From Thermoplasmata archaeon (lineage in GTDB: Archaea; Thermoplasmatota; Thermoplasmata; Lutacidiplasmatales; UBA184): a stretch of DNA of 64,000 nt. Below are positions 50,209-58,318 of this stretch, in pieces. Below the pieces are notes generated by a model, which worked only from the letters and a program-made list of their open reading frames with translations, was not told the origin of the DNA and did not search any database. The stretch lies in the NCBI GenBank assembly GCA_021826685.1, contig JAKAYT010000002.1, forward strand, positions 27,123 to 91,122, written 5' to 3'. Made by a program: the position numbers and the translations under genes. How positions within the stretch are numbered: the stretch's first letter is position 1; the number at the start of each line of letters is the position of its first letter.

Positions 50209-50621
50209 GAGGCCCGGCCGGCGAGGCGCTTCGCGGACTTCACGATCTCTTCGAGAGATGCGCCGGGTCCGAATATCGCCTTGACCCCGAGCTTGCGCAG
50301 CTGTCGGGCGTCCTCGTCGGGTATGATCCCTCCCACGAACACGGGAATCCGCCCGGATCTCTCCTTACGCATGAGTTCGAGGATCTTCGGGATCAACGCC
50401 ATGTGCGCTCCCGAGAGGATGGAAAGCCCGACGATGTCGACGTCCTCCTCCATCGCGGCCTGCACGATCGCCTCGGGCGTCTGACGAAGGCCGGCGTAGA
50501 TGACCTCCATCCCCGCGTCCCGCAGAGCGCGCGCCACGACCTTGGCCCCTCGATCGTGCCCGTCCAGTCCCGGTTTCGCAATCAGAACGCGGATCGGAGG
50601 CTGTTTCTTTGCCGCAGGCAT
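50205..50621 (-). CDS. cobalamin-binding small subunit of acyl-CoA mutase
   Basis: [32 protein letters not shown]. Confidence 0.94.
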   Translation of the reverse strand: MPAAKKQPPIRVLIAKPGLDGHDRGAKVVARALRDAGMEVIYAGLRQTPEAIVQAAMEEDVDIVGLSILSGAHMALIPKILELMRKERSGRIPVFVGGIIPDEDARQLRKLGVKAIFGPGASLEEIVKSAKRLAGRAS

Positions 50622-50683
50622 TCCCGCTCCGGCACCGACGAATTGCGATGTGCCCAAAAGGTTGTGCGTGGCTGCCCGCCATT

Positions 50684-50960
50684 CCTGTTAGGGAGGTCCG
50701 GCCCCGGAGCGAGCATCGTTCGCCGTTCCTACGGAGGGTGTGGGTCTCTTCTCGCCTTCCATGGTTCGCCCGGGCGGTGAGTCTGCCCATCCCCTGGAGA
50801 CCGCGGGTTCTTCCTGATGCACCGTGACTCCCCCGGGCAATGGCCGGAGCCGCGGGTCCCTCCCGCGCACGGGAAGGTCGCATGGCGCTGACCGGGGTTC
50901 ACGGGGCCAAACCGCCGCGGAGTGTTCGGCCCAGGAACCGCGCTTAGGAGCCCGACAGAG
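50684..50960. ncRNA. candidate structured non-coding RNA, identity unresolved
   Basis: About 420-nt gap with no convincing ORF; end-to-end complementarity and serial hairpins. Confidence 0.3.
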
Positions 50961-51041
50961 GATGATCGCCGAGGCGCCGAGAGAGTTAGATCCCCGAGCC
51001 CGAGCGGCGAGGGACCACAGTGGTGCTTCCCGTTCGGAGAG

Positions 51042-51956
51042 CTACCGGAGGGCAAAGAGGTTGGCGAGGAGGTTCCCGGCCACCCACGCGAGCAAGGCAC
51101 CGGCCGCAAGAAAGGCGACCAGAGGGATCTGCGGGGTCACGCGCACACGATCTACGCCGCGCGCCGCCAGTTCTCGCGCCGCGACGGAGCGACCCTGCCG
51201 GTCTTCCTGTGACGTCATCGCCCTCTCGGCCGTTTCTGCACGTCGCTCGCGGCGTTCTCGAACCCAAACGTAACGACGGGCCAGGTCGCCCACGGGGATG
51301 GTGTAACTGACGAACCCGTCGCGGGCCGAGAACTCTTTGCGCCGCAGGTTGAGTACGGCGATCGTTACGGGGACCGCGATCACGACGAGCACGAGCCCGT
51401 TGATCAGGGCATTCAGAGCGAACGGAACGACGTCCGCGAACTGTTGGGCCGGCGCCGGAAGGACGAGGAGGGTGGCCGGCGACAGCGGCACCAGGACGGA
51501 CATGGCCATGAGCGCCCGAGCATCGGCGGCACCCCAAAGCGCCCCTACCTCGTAGAGGGCGCGGGCGATCACGACGACCGCCAACGTGGCCACGACGGCG
51601 TCCGGAACCCCCCGAGCCGAGAGACCGTAGAGCCCGATCGCGACGGCGACAGCCACGACGCACGCAACGAACGCCGATAGCTCGATCCAGCGCCCCGCGA
51701 GTTGGGAGCGCCGATGCAGGGGAGTTTCCCAATCGAAGAAGTGTTCCACCGCGAGGCCGACGACGAGGAGCCAAAGGACGAGGCCGAGAGCGGAGGAGTT
51801 TGAGGAGAGAAGCACCGCGCCCAAGCCGGCCCCGACGATCCCCATGACCTGCCAACACCCGTCCGGGACCTCCCGCTGGAGAATGTCCCAGACCGAGGCG
51901 ACCAGCATCCCGACCAGCAGTGCGACCAGAGCGAGCTCCGCGAGAACGCCGGACAT
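51042..51956 (-). CDS. A24 family prepilin/pre-archaellin peptidase
   Basis: Multi-TM; SVWDILQREVPD, WGAADARAL, VTPQIPLVAFL. Confidence 0.85.
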   Translation of the reverse strand: MSGVLAELALVALLVGMLVASVWDILQREVPDGCWQVMGIVGAGLGAVLLSSNSSALGLVLWLLVVGLAVEHFFDWETPLHRRSQLAGRWIELSAFVACVVAVAVAIGLYGLSARGVPDAVVATLAVVVIARALYEVGALWGAADARALMAMSVLVPLSPATLLVLPAPAQQFADVVPFALNALINGLVLVVIAVPVTIAVLNLRRKEFSARDGFVSYTIPVGDLARRYVWVRERRERRAETAERAMTSQEDRQGRSVAARELAARGVDRVRVTPQIPLVAFLAAGALLAWVAGNLLANLFALR

Positions 51957-52066
51957 GGTCGCCTGGCCCCGGACAGTCCGACGTGGCGCCCGCGTTATAA
52001 ACGGCAGGTTACCGTGGAATCTCGGTCGGACGAGAGCTCAATAGGACCGTGTAACTTCTCCACCCC

Positions 52067-53026
52067 GTGAGCGCAGCGGCATCCTCGGCTCCTTCCGAGC
52101 CTCCGACCCCGACAAGTGTGGCCCCTTCTCCTGCGTCCTCGTCGTTTGTTCCGGAAGCCGGGGGCGGCCCTCCTCCCCCGGCTTCTCCCGCACGGCGGCC
52201 CCGCTGGCTGGTGCCGACGGCGTCGACCGTGGTGGCGGTGATCGTGATCGTCGTGGTCCTCATCGCCGTCGGCGTGATCCCGCTGCCCGCCGGCGCCGTG
52301 ACGAAAGTCCCAACATACGCTACGGCCCAAGGACCGGCGAACTCGGCCGCATCGGGAGTGCGCGGCGGCCCGTGGGGCGACGTCCTCGCGGGGGGATTGG
52401 CTCTCACCGCCGGGACTAGCGTGGCCGTCGAGGAGCTGGAAGCGGCGTACGCGAGCATTGGATGCAATGTCAGCTATCCCGCCGGCAGCCCGTCCTCGAT
52501 CTACATCCCCCCGACGGACGCGAACGCGACGGCGGGCGGAGCGGCCGCCTGGATCTTCGAGTACACGAATGCCACGGGTTTACTCCTGGTCGCGGTGCTC
52601 AACGGCTCGGCCACGCCGCTGTTCGCCGCGCACGGAGGTTACTGTTCTCTCGTGGCGCTGGAGCCGCCTCTCACGCACTACGGCAGCCTAGTCGATTCGA
52701 GCGTGGCCGTGCGCGCTGTGGACGCGGTCGGCGGCGCTCAATTCTTGGAAAACTACACTCAGACCCAGCGCGTCTGGTACCTTTCGGGGGATCCCGTCAC
52801 CGATCAAGCGACGTGGTCCGTCACTTACACTACGTGCGCGGTCACGAGCACCGGGTCGACGACCGGATACTTTTTCAACGCCACGGTAGATGCGTCGACG
52901 GGCGACGTGATCACTCATTCGACGACGAACTCGTCGTGCTCTGCCTCGGGGGTCGTTCCTGAGTCCGCCCCGCCCTCTCCGTCGATGGTGGTGAGCTCGC
53001 GCGGACTCGTGGTCCGGAGCGCCTGA
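52067..53026 (+). CDS. membrane-anchored exported protein
   Basis: Pro-rich N terminus, one TM, S/T-rich ectodomain with four Cys and many N-X-S/T sites. Confidence 0.7.
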   Translation: MSAAASSAPSEPPTPTSVAPSPASSSFVPEAGGGPPPPASPARRPRWLVPTASTVVAVIVIVVVLIAVGVIPLPAGAVTKVPTYATAQGPANSAASGVRGGPWGDVLAGGLALTAGTSVAVEELEAAYASIGCNVSYPAGSPSSIYIPPTDANATAGGAAAWIFEYTNATGLLLVAVLNGSATPLFAAHGGYCSLVALEPPLTHYGSLVDSSVAVRAVDAVGGAQFLENYTQTQRVWYLSGDPVTDQATWSVTYTTCAVTSTGSTTGYFFNATVDASTGDVITHSTTNSSCSASGVVPESAPPSPSMVVSSRGLVVRSA

Positions 53027-53113
53027 GCTCCGGCCGCGATCGAGGAAAGGGACGAGCGAGCCCGTCTCGCACCGGCCCTCCGGCGGGCCGCTGACCGATT
53101 CTCGCGGTAAGCG

Positions 53114-53120
53114 TTTTAAA
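53114..53120 (+). promoter_or_regulatory. TATA box for rps6e operon
   Basis: TTTTAAA upstream of ATG 53158. Confidence 0.6.
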
Positions 53121-53157
53121 GCAGGTCCAACTGGCGCGCGCGCTCATAGGCCCATCG

Positions 53158-53541
53158 ATGGTGGAATACAAGCTCGTGATCTCGGATGCGAGCAAATCCT
53201 ACGCTCGCACGGTGGCCGACCCGCAATCGGCCGGGTTCCTCGGTAAGCGGATCGGGGAGACGGTCGGAGGGGAGCTGATCGGCGCCTCCGGCTACACGTT
53301 CCGGCTCACGGGAGGCACCGACCGGAGCGGGTTCCCCCTGCGACCCGACCTCCCGGGAGCTCGCCAGATGCGTCTCTACGTGGGGGACGGCTTCGGATTC
53401 GCCGCGCCGCGAGCGGGGATGCGTAAGCGCCGCACGTTCCGTGGGAACACGATCAGCGAGGACACCGTCCAGATCAACCTGGTCGTCGATCAGAGAGGCT
53501 CAAAGCCGCTCGCGGAACTGTTGGGCGCGAGCGCGTCATGA
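53158..53541 (+). CDS. rps6e: 30S ribosomal protein S6e
   Basis: KLVISD, TGGTDRSGFP, RKRRTFRGN, QINL. Confidence 0.96.
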   Translation: MVEYKLVISDASKSYARTVADPQSAGFLGKRIGETVGGELIGASGYTFRLTGGTDRSGFPLRPDLPGARQMRLYVGDGFGFAAPRAGMRKRRTFRGNTISEDTVQINLVVDQRGSKPLAELLGASAS

Positions 53542-54773
53542 AGGTTCCTCGTCAACCCGAAGTGAACATCGGCCTGGTGGGCCACGTCGACCACGGCAAG
53601 ACCACCCTGACCCAAGCGCTCACCGGTGAGTGGACCGACCGCCATTCCGAGGAGCTCAAGCGCGGCATCTCGATCAAGTTGGGATACGCCGACACGGCGT
53701 TCTACCGCTGTGCGGCGTGCCCGCCGCCCCGCTGTTACACGACGGATCCGGCCTGCCCCAACTGCGGAGGCGAGGCGAAGTTCCTCCGCGCGGTCTCCTT
53801 CGTCGACGCTCCGGGCCACGAGACGCTGATGGCTACGATGCTCAGCGGCGCCGCGCTCATGGATGGGGCCCTGCTCCTCGTCGCAGCGAATGAACCCGCG
53901 CCCCAGCCCCAGACGCGCGAGCACCTCTACGCGCTGGACATCATCGGCGTCCACAAGGTGGTCGTCGTCCAGAACAAAATCGACCTGCTCACGAGCGAGC
54001 AGGCCATGGAGAACTATCGCCAGATCCGTGAGTTCCTTTCCGGCTCTCCAATCGCTTCCGCACCGATCGTGCCCATCAGCGCGAACCACAAGGTCAACAT
54101 CGACGCGCTCATCGAGGCGATCGAGGAGACGATCCCGACTCCTGCCCGAGATCCGACGAAACCCCCGTTGATGTACGTCGCCCGATCCTTTGACATCAAC
54201 CGTCCCGGGACACGGCCGAAAGAGCTGCGCGGGGGCGTTCTCGGCGGTTCACTGCTGCAGGGGCGCTTGAAGGCCGGTGACGAGATCGAGATCCGCCCCG
54301 GACTCGCGGCATCCGGCGGGGGGACCGTGGAGTCGCTGCGCGCGAAGATCACGACGATCCTGGCCGGGGGACAGGAAATCGACGAACTCCGACCCGGCGG
54401 ACTGGCCGCGATTGCGACGACCCTCGACCCCTCCTTGACGAAGGGAGACGGGCTCACCGGTCGCCTCGTGGGGACCCCCGGAACGCTACCCCCCGTCAGT
54501 CAGAAGATCCGGATCCGCACGACGCTCCTCGACCGCATCCTCGGCGCCGAGCGTGAGATGAAGGTAGAGAAGATACGGACCAGCGAGATCCTTGCGATCA
54601 CCGTCGGCACCACGATTGCGCCCGGAAAAGTGACGAGTGCGCGCGGCGACGAGGTCGAGCTCTCGCTCGGACGCGCGGTGACGGTCTTCCCGGAGAGTCG
54701 GGTCGCGATTTCGCGTAAGCTGAATGCCTGGCGGCTCATCGGATATGGTATCGTCCAGGGGACGGCCAAATGA
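53538..54773 (+). CDS. eif2g: translation initiation factor aIF2 gamma
   Basis: QPEVNIGLVGHVDHGKTT, Zn knuckle, DAPGHE, QNKID, WRLIGYG. Confidence 0.97.
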   Translation: MKVPRQPEVNIGLVGHVDHGKTTLTQALTGEWTDRHSEELKRGISIKLGYADTAFYRCAACPPPRCYTTDPACPNCGGEAKFLRAVSFVDAPGHETLMATMLSGAALMDGALLLVAANEPAPQPQTREHLYALDIIGVHKVVVVQNKIDLLTSEQAMENYRQIREFLSGSPIASAPIVPISANHKVNIDALIEAIEETIPTPARDPTKPPLMYVARSFDINRPGTRPKELRGGVLGGSLLQGRLKAGDEIEIRPGLAASGGGTVESLRAKITTILAGGQEIDELRPGGLAAIATTLDPSLTKGDGLTGRLVGTPGTLPPVSQKIRIRTTLLDRILGAEREMKVEKIRTSEILAITVGTTIAPGKVTSARGDEVELSLGRAVTVFPESRVAISRKLNAWRLIGYGIVQGTAK

Positions 54774-54952
54774 GACCCGAGCTGATGGAGATCCTCCGCT
54801 GCCCGATGTGCCGCGCGGAGCTGTCCCTCGAAGCGACCCGCACGGAGGGCACTGAGATCGTCACCGGGACCCTGACGTGCACCAAGTGCCATACCGTCTT
54901 CCCGATCGAGGACGGGATCCCGGATCTACTTCCACCCGAAGATCGCGACTGA
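54770..54952 (+). CDS. methyltransferase activator Trm112
   Basis: LMEILRCPMC, GTLTCTKC, FPIEDGIPDLLP. Confidence 0.9.
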   Translation: MRPELMEILRCPMCRAELSLEATRTEGTEIVTGTLTCTKCHTVFPIEDGIPDLLPPEDRD

Positions 54953-55073
54953 TCGTCGCCGCGGCGTGCCCTCGAGGGGATCGCGGGAATCCCCCAAGCG
55001 CTCTAAACTCCCCCGGGAGGGCCCTTACAGGTCGAGACTAAGGGTTAAGGCCCGAAGGTCCGAGGCACCGAGC

Positions 55074-56399
55074 GTGAGCCGGCGCGACGATCCCAGTGAC
55101 GACCTCGAGGAGGAGGAGGAGGACTCGGGAGAGGAGGAAAAGGCAACGCCCTCCCGCCGCCGCGCGACCTCCTCGAGGGCCTCCCGCCGACCGGCGTACC
55201 CGCCCGCGCCCCGGCCGATCCGCCCGTGGCGTTCGAAGGCGGGCGTCCCCGAAGATGACGTGGCCGCCAGCCGACGAGAACTGCTGGAGGCCAAGCTCAA
55301 CGCCCGGCGATCGTCACCCACCTACTGGAGGTTCCGCGACTCGTTCTGGTTCGTCCCGCTCATAGCGGTCCTCATTCTCCTCCTGGTGATCGGAGGGCTC
55401 GTCGCCTACACGAGCAGCTGGCCCCCGGTCTACGTGGTCCAGTCCGAGAGCATGCAGCACGGGCCGAACGATCAGCTTGGGCTCATCAACACCGGCGACC
55501 TGGTATTGAGCAAGAAGGTCTCGTTCGATTCGATCACGCCCTACGTCGTCGCGATGGCGTCCCGCTACACGACCTACGGTGAGTACGGGGACGTCGTCTT
55601 GTACGAACCGAACGGCGGTACCGCGACTCCGATCATCCATCGCGCGATCGTCTACCTCCAGTACAACGCGAACGGGACGTACTCCGCGCCTAGCCTGGCC
55701 GGGCTCCCGTGCGGGACCGCGGCGAATGCGGTCTACCGGGTGACCTCGAGCCCGAACGGATGCGGTGCCCTCGGGATGTCCGGTGAGCTCGTGCTCTATC
55801 ACATCGGCTGGCGGGACGCGACCGTGAACATCACCTTGAGCCCGGAGGATCTGGGAGCGCACTCCGGCCTCGTGACGATGGGCGATAACAACCTCTCGCC
55901 TCAGGGGTGTTCCACCGGCTGCTACGGCATCGCCGACCAGGCCGACGGAGCGAGCACGCTCGTGGAGCCGGGCTGGGTGATCGGCGTCGCACGCGGAATG
56001 ATCCCTTGGATCGGCGCCGCCCGCCTGCTGATCGCCGGGAACGCCGGGGAGGTTCCCTCCCAATCGTGGGAGTTCCTCGGCCTCTCGGTCGTCGCGATCG
56101 TCCTCGTCGGATTCGCCATCTCCTACGCCTGGAGCTCCTTCCGTCCGGTAGATCCTCGGCGGGCCGCGGTCCGAGAGCGGGAGGATGCGGTCCGTCGCGA
56201 GCAAGAGCAGACAGCCGAAATGGAGGACGGAGGGAGCGTGCGACGTTGGTTCCACCGACGGGCGCGGGACGAGGACGAAGAGCCCGAGAAGACGCGATCG
56301 CCCCGCGCGGTCCGAGGCCGGCCGAAGCCGAAGGTCCGCCGGAACGGCCCTTCGCGGCCGAGGCGGGCCGACGCAGAGGACGAAGACGACGAGCTCTAG
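55074..56399 (+). CDS. S26 signal peptidase I (Sec11-type) with charged terminal extensions
   Basis: VVQSESMQH, NTGD, GDVV, PIIHRA, TMGDNN; TTAA about 26 nt upstream of GTG. Confidence 0.88.
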   Translation: MSRRDDPSDDLEEEEEDSGEEEKATPSRRRATSSRASRRPAYPPAPRPIRPWRSKAGVPEDDVAASRRELLEAKLNARRSSPTYWRFRDSFWFVPLIAVLILLLVIGGLVAYTSSWPPVYVVQSESMQHGPNDQLGLINTGDLVLSKKVSFDSITPYVVAMASRYTTYGEYGDVVLYEPNGGTATPIIHRAIVYLQYNANGTYSAPSLAGLPCGTAANAVYRVTSSPNGCGALGMSGELVLYHIGWRDATVNITLSPEDLGAHSGLVTMGDNNLSPQGCSTGCYGIADQADGASTLVEPGWVIGVARGMIPWIGAARLLIAGNAGEVPSQSWEFLGLSVVAIVLVGFAISYAWSSFRPVDPRRAAVREREDAVRREQEQTAEMEDGGSVRRWFHRRARDEDEEPEKTRSPRAVRGRPKPKVRRNGPSRPRRADAEDEDDEL

Positions 56400-56461
56400 T
56401 TCCCATCGTCCGAGCACAACTTCTTTAACGCGCCCGCGAGTCGCATCGTGGGGAACCCCGA

Positions 56462-57340
56462 ATGCATGTCATCGGAGGCACGGCCTCCACCGACCTCGCC
56501 GAACGCATTTCCCGGGAGCTCGGCAACGCCCCGTTCAGCGTTCCGTTCATGAAGCGGTTCCCGGACGGCGAGCTCTACCTGCGCGTCGGCGGGAACTTCC
56601 AGAACGAGGACGTGGTGATCGTACAATCGACCCGCTCCGACCAGGACCTCCTCGAGCTCCTCCTCCTTCAGGACGCGGTGCGAGAAGGGGGGGCGCGCCG
56701 GGCGATCGTCGTGGTCCCGTACTTTGGTTACGCACGGCAGGATCGCCGCTTCTTCCCCGGCGAACCGGTCAGCTCCCGGGCTCTCGCGCGCCACGTCGAG
56801 CTCGGTGCGGACGGCGTCGTCACGGTCGACCTGCACTCTTCTCTGACGCTCGCGCAGTTCACCAAGCCCGCGTTCGAGGCCAGTGCGATCCCGGCGTTCG
56901 CGCGCCAGCTTCGCCAGCGCCCGGTGGACGTGCTCGTCTCACCGGACAAAGGTGGGGCCGATCGGGTCCGACGTCTCGCCGACATCCTGGGCCGACCGTG
57001 GTTCGCCCTCGAAAAGAAGCGCCTCGACAGCGAGCATGTCGAATTGAAGCTCCCCGACCCGATCCCGTTCGACTTCCAAGGGAAGCAGGTCACCATCTTC
57101 GATGACGTCGTATCGACCGGCGGAACGATCGTCGAGGCGGCGAAAGTCCTCCGCGCCGCGGGAGCGAGCGCCGTCACCTCCGCCTGCACGCACGGTCTCT
57201 TCCTTCGGGATGCTTTCGAGCGGATCAAGGCGGTCGCGGACGATATCTACGCGACCGACACGTTGCAAAACGGCGCCCTCAAGGTATCGGTCGCCCCGGA
57301 TATCGCACGGCTCCTGGAGAAGGAGTTCGCTCCGCCGTAG
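56462..57340 (+). CDS. prs: ribose-phosphate pyrophosphokinase
   Basis: RFPDGE, PYFGYARQD, VDLHS, SPDKGG, DDVVSTGGT. Confidence 0.96.
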   Translation: MHVIGGTASTDLAERISRELGNAPFSVPFMKRFPDGELYLRVGGNFQNEDVVIVQSTRSDQDLLELLLLQDAVREGGARRAIVVVPYFGYARQDRRFFPGEPVSSRALARHVELGADGVVTVDLHSSLTLAQFTKPAFEASAIPAFARQLRQRPVDVLVSPDKGGADRVRRLADILGRPWFALEKKRLDSEHVELKLPDPIPFDFQGKQVTIFDDVVSTGGTIVEAAKVLRAAGASAVTSACTHGLFLRDAFERIKAVADDIYATDTLQNGALKVSVAPDIARLLEKEFAPP

Positions 57341-57355
57341 TCGGACAGCCGGGCC

Positions 57356-58318
57356 ATGTCGACCCCGCGTCCCGCCACCGAAGCTCGCCGGGATGTACTC
57401 GAAGAGCTGACGCACTCCATCCGCGCCCACTTGCTGGAGCGCGGCGAATCCCCGCCGTCCTCGTGGATCGAGGAATCGTCGGAAGACCTCGCGAGGGGGA
57501 GGATGAGGGGGTGGTACCTTGCGGCACCCGGCGGAGAGGGCGAGGGCCTCGGGTTCTACTCGACCCGCCCGCGGGCCGCGTTCGGCCACGTCCATGTCGA
57601 GCCCGGCGAAGGAGCCGTAGCTCGGGCGGCGGCTCTCGTCGAAGCGATCCGTCGCGATCTCTCGCCGAACATCGAGTCGCTGGACATCGGTTTTACGGGA
57701 CTCGATCCGACCGGGGAGCACGCGCTGGCGGACCTACTCCACCACCCTCCCGAACGGACCATGCTGAAGCGGTGGGCGATGGAGCGGGCGATCGTACCCG
57801 AGGACATCGCGCCGATCGCGGACGCTCCTTCGGGGATCCGTATGTACCCGATCCGCTCCCTCCCAAGGGAGGCGCTGGTGGAACTCGACGTGCGCGCGTT
57901 CCGGAACACGGTCGATGCCCAGCTCATCGGTACGGATCGCACGGAGTACGGCCGGATGCTCGACGAGCTGATCGAGGGTCGGCTCGGCCGCTTCCTCGAT
58001 GAGGCGTCCACCGCGCTCGTCGATGCCTCGACGAGCGAGCTCGAAGCGGCATTGTTGACGTCGGAGCAGACCCCTCGGATGGCGATCTACCTCGATGTAA
58101 TGGTCGAACCGAGCCATCGTCGCCGTGGACTGGGCCGTTATCTCGTGCGATGGGGGTTCCGGGCCCTCGCGGCGCTCGGGTACTCGACCGTCCGGCTCTG
58201 GGTCACCTCCGAGAACGAACCGGCCCGCGCGCTCTACCGGGCCACGGGGTTCCGCGAGGTCGCTTCCGCGGTGATTTACCGCGAAGTAAGGCCGCCCGGA
58301 CAACCGCACTCCGGCTGA
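57356..58318 (+). CDS. GNAT acetyltransferase (probably two-domain)
   Basis: C-terminal VEPSHRRRGLG, NEPARALYRATGF. Confidence 0.85.
   Translation: MSTPRPATEARRDVLEELTHSIRAHLLERGESPPSSWIEESSEDLARGRMRGWYLAAPGGEGEGLGFYSTRPRAAFGHVHVEPGEGAVARAAALVEAIRRDLSPNIESLDIGFTGLDPTGEHALADLLHHPPERTMLKRWAMERAIVPEDIAPIADAPSGIRMYPIRSLPREALVELDVRAFRNTVDAQLIGTDRTEYGRMLDELIEGRLGRFLDEASTALVDASTSELEAALLTSEQTPRMAIYLDVMVEPSHRRRGLGRYLVRWGFRALAALGYSTVRLWVTSENEPARALYRATGFREVASAVIYREVRPPGQPHSG

Noticed and set aside
50690-50715. SRP helix-8-like AGGTCCGG...GGAGCGAGC
   Set aside because: It lacks the GNRA tetraloop and lies at the wrong place in the candidate RNA, so SRP was not called.
50622-51040. Cobalamin riboswitch upstream of the B12-binding subunit
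   Set aside because: I could not find the ordered conserved elements or B12 box on the - strand.
15510-58318. Mycothiol-like pathway as a gene cluster (GT4, CysRS paralog, GNAT)
   Set aside because: The genes are tens of kb apart and belong to generic families; kept only as a hypothesis under individual findings.
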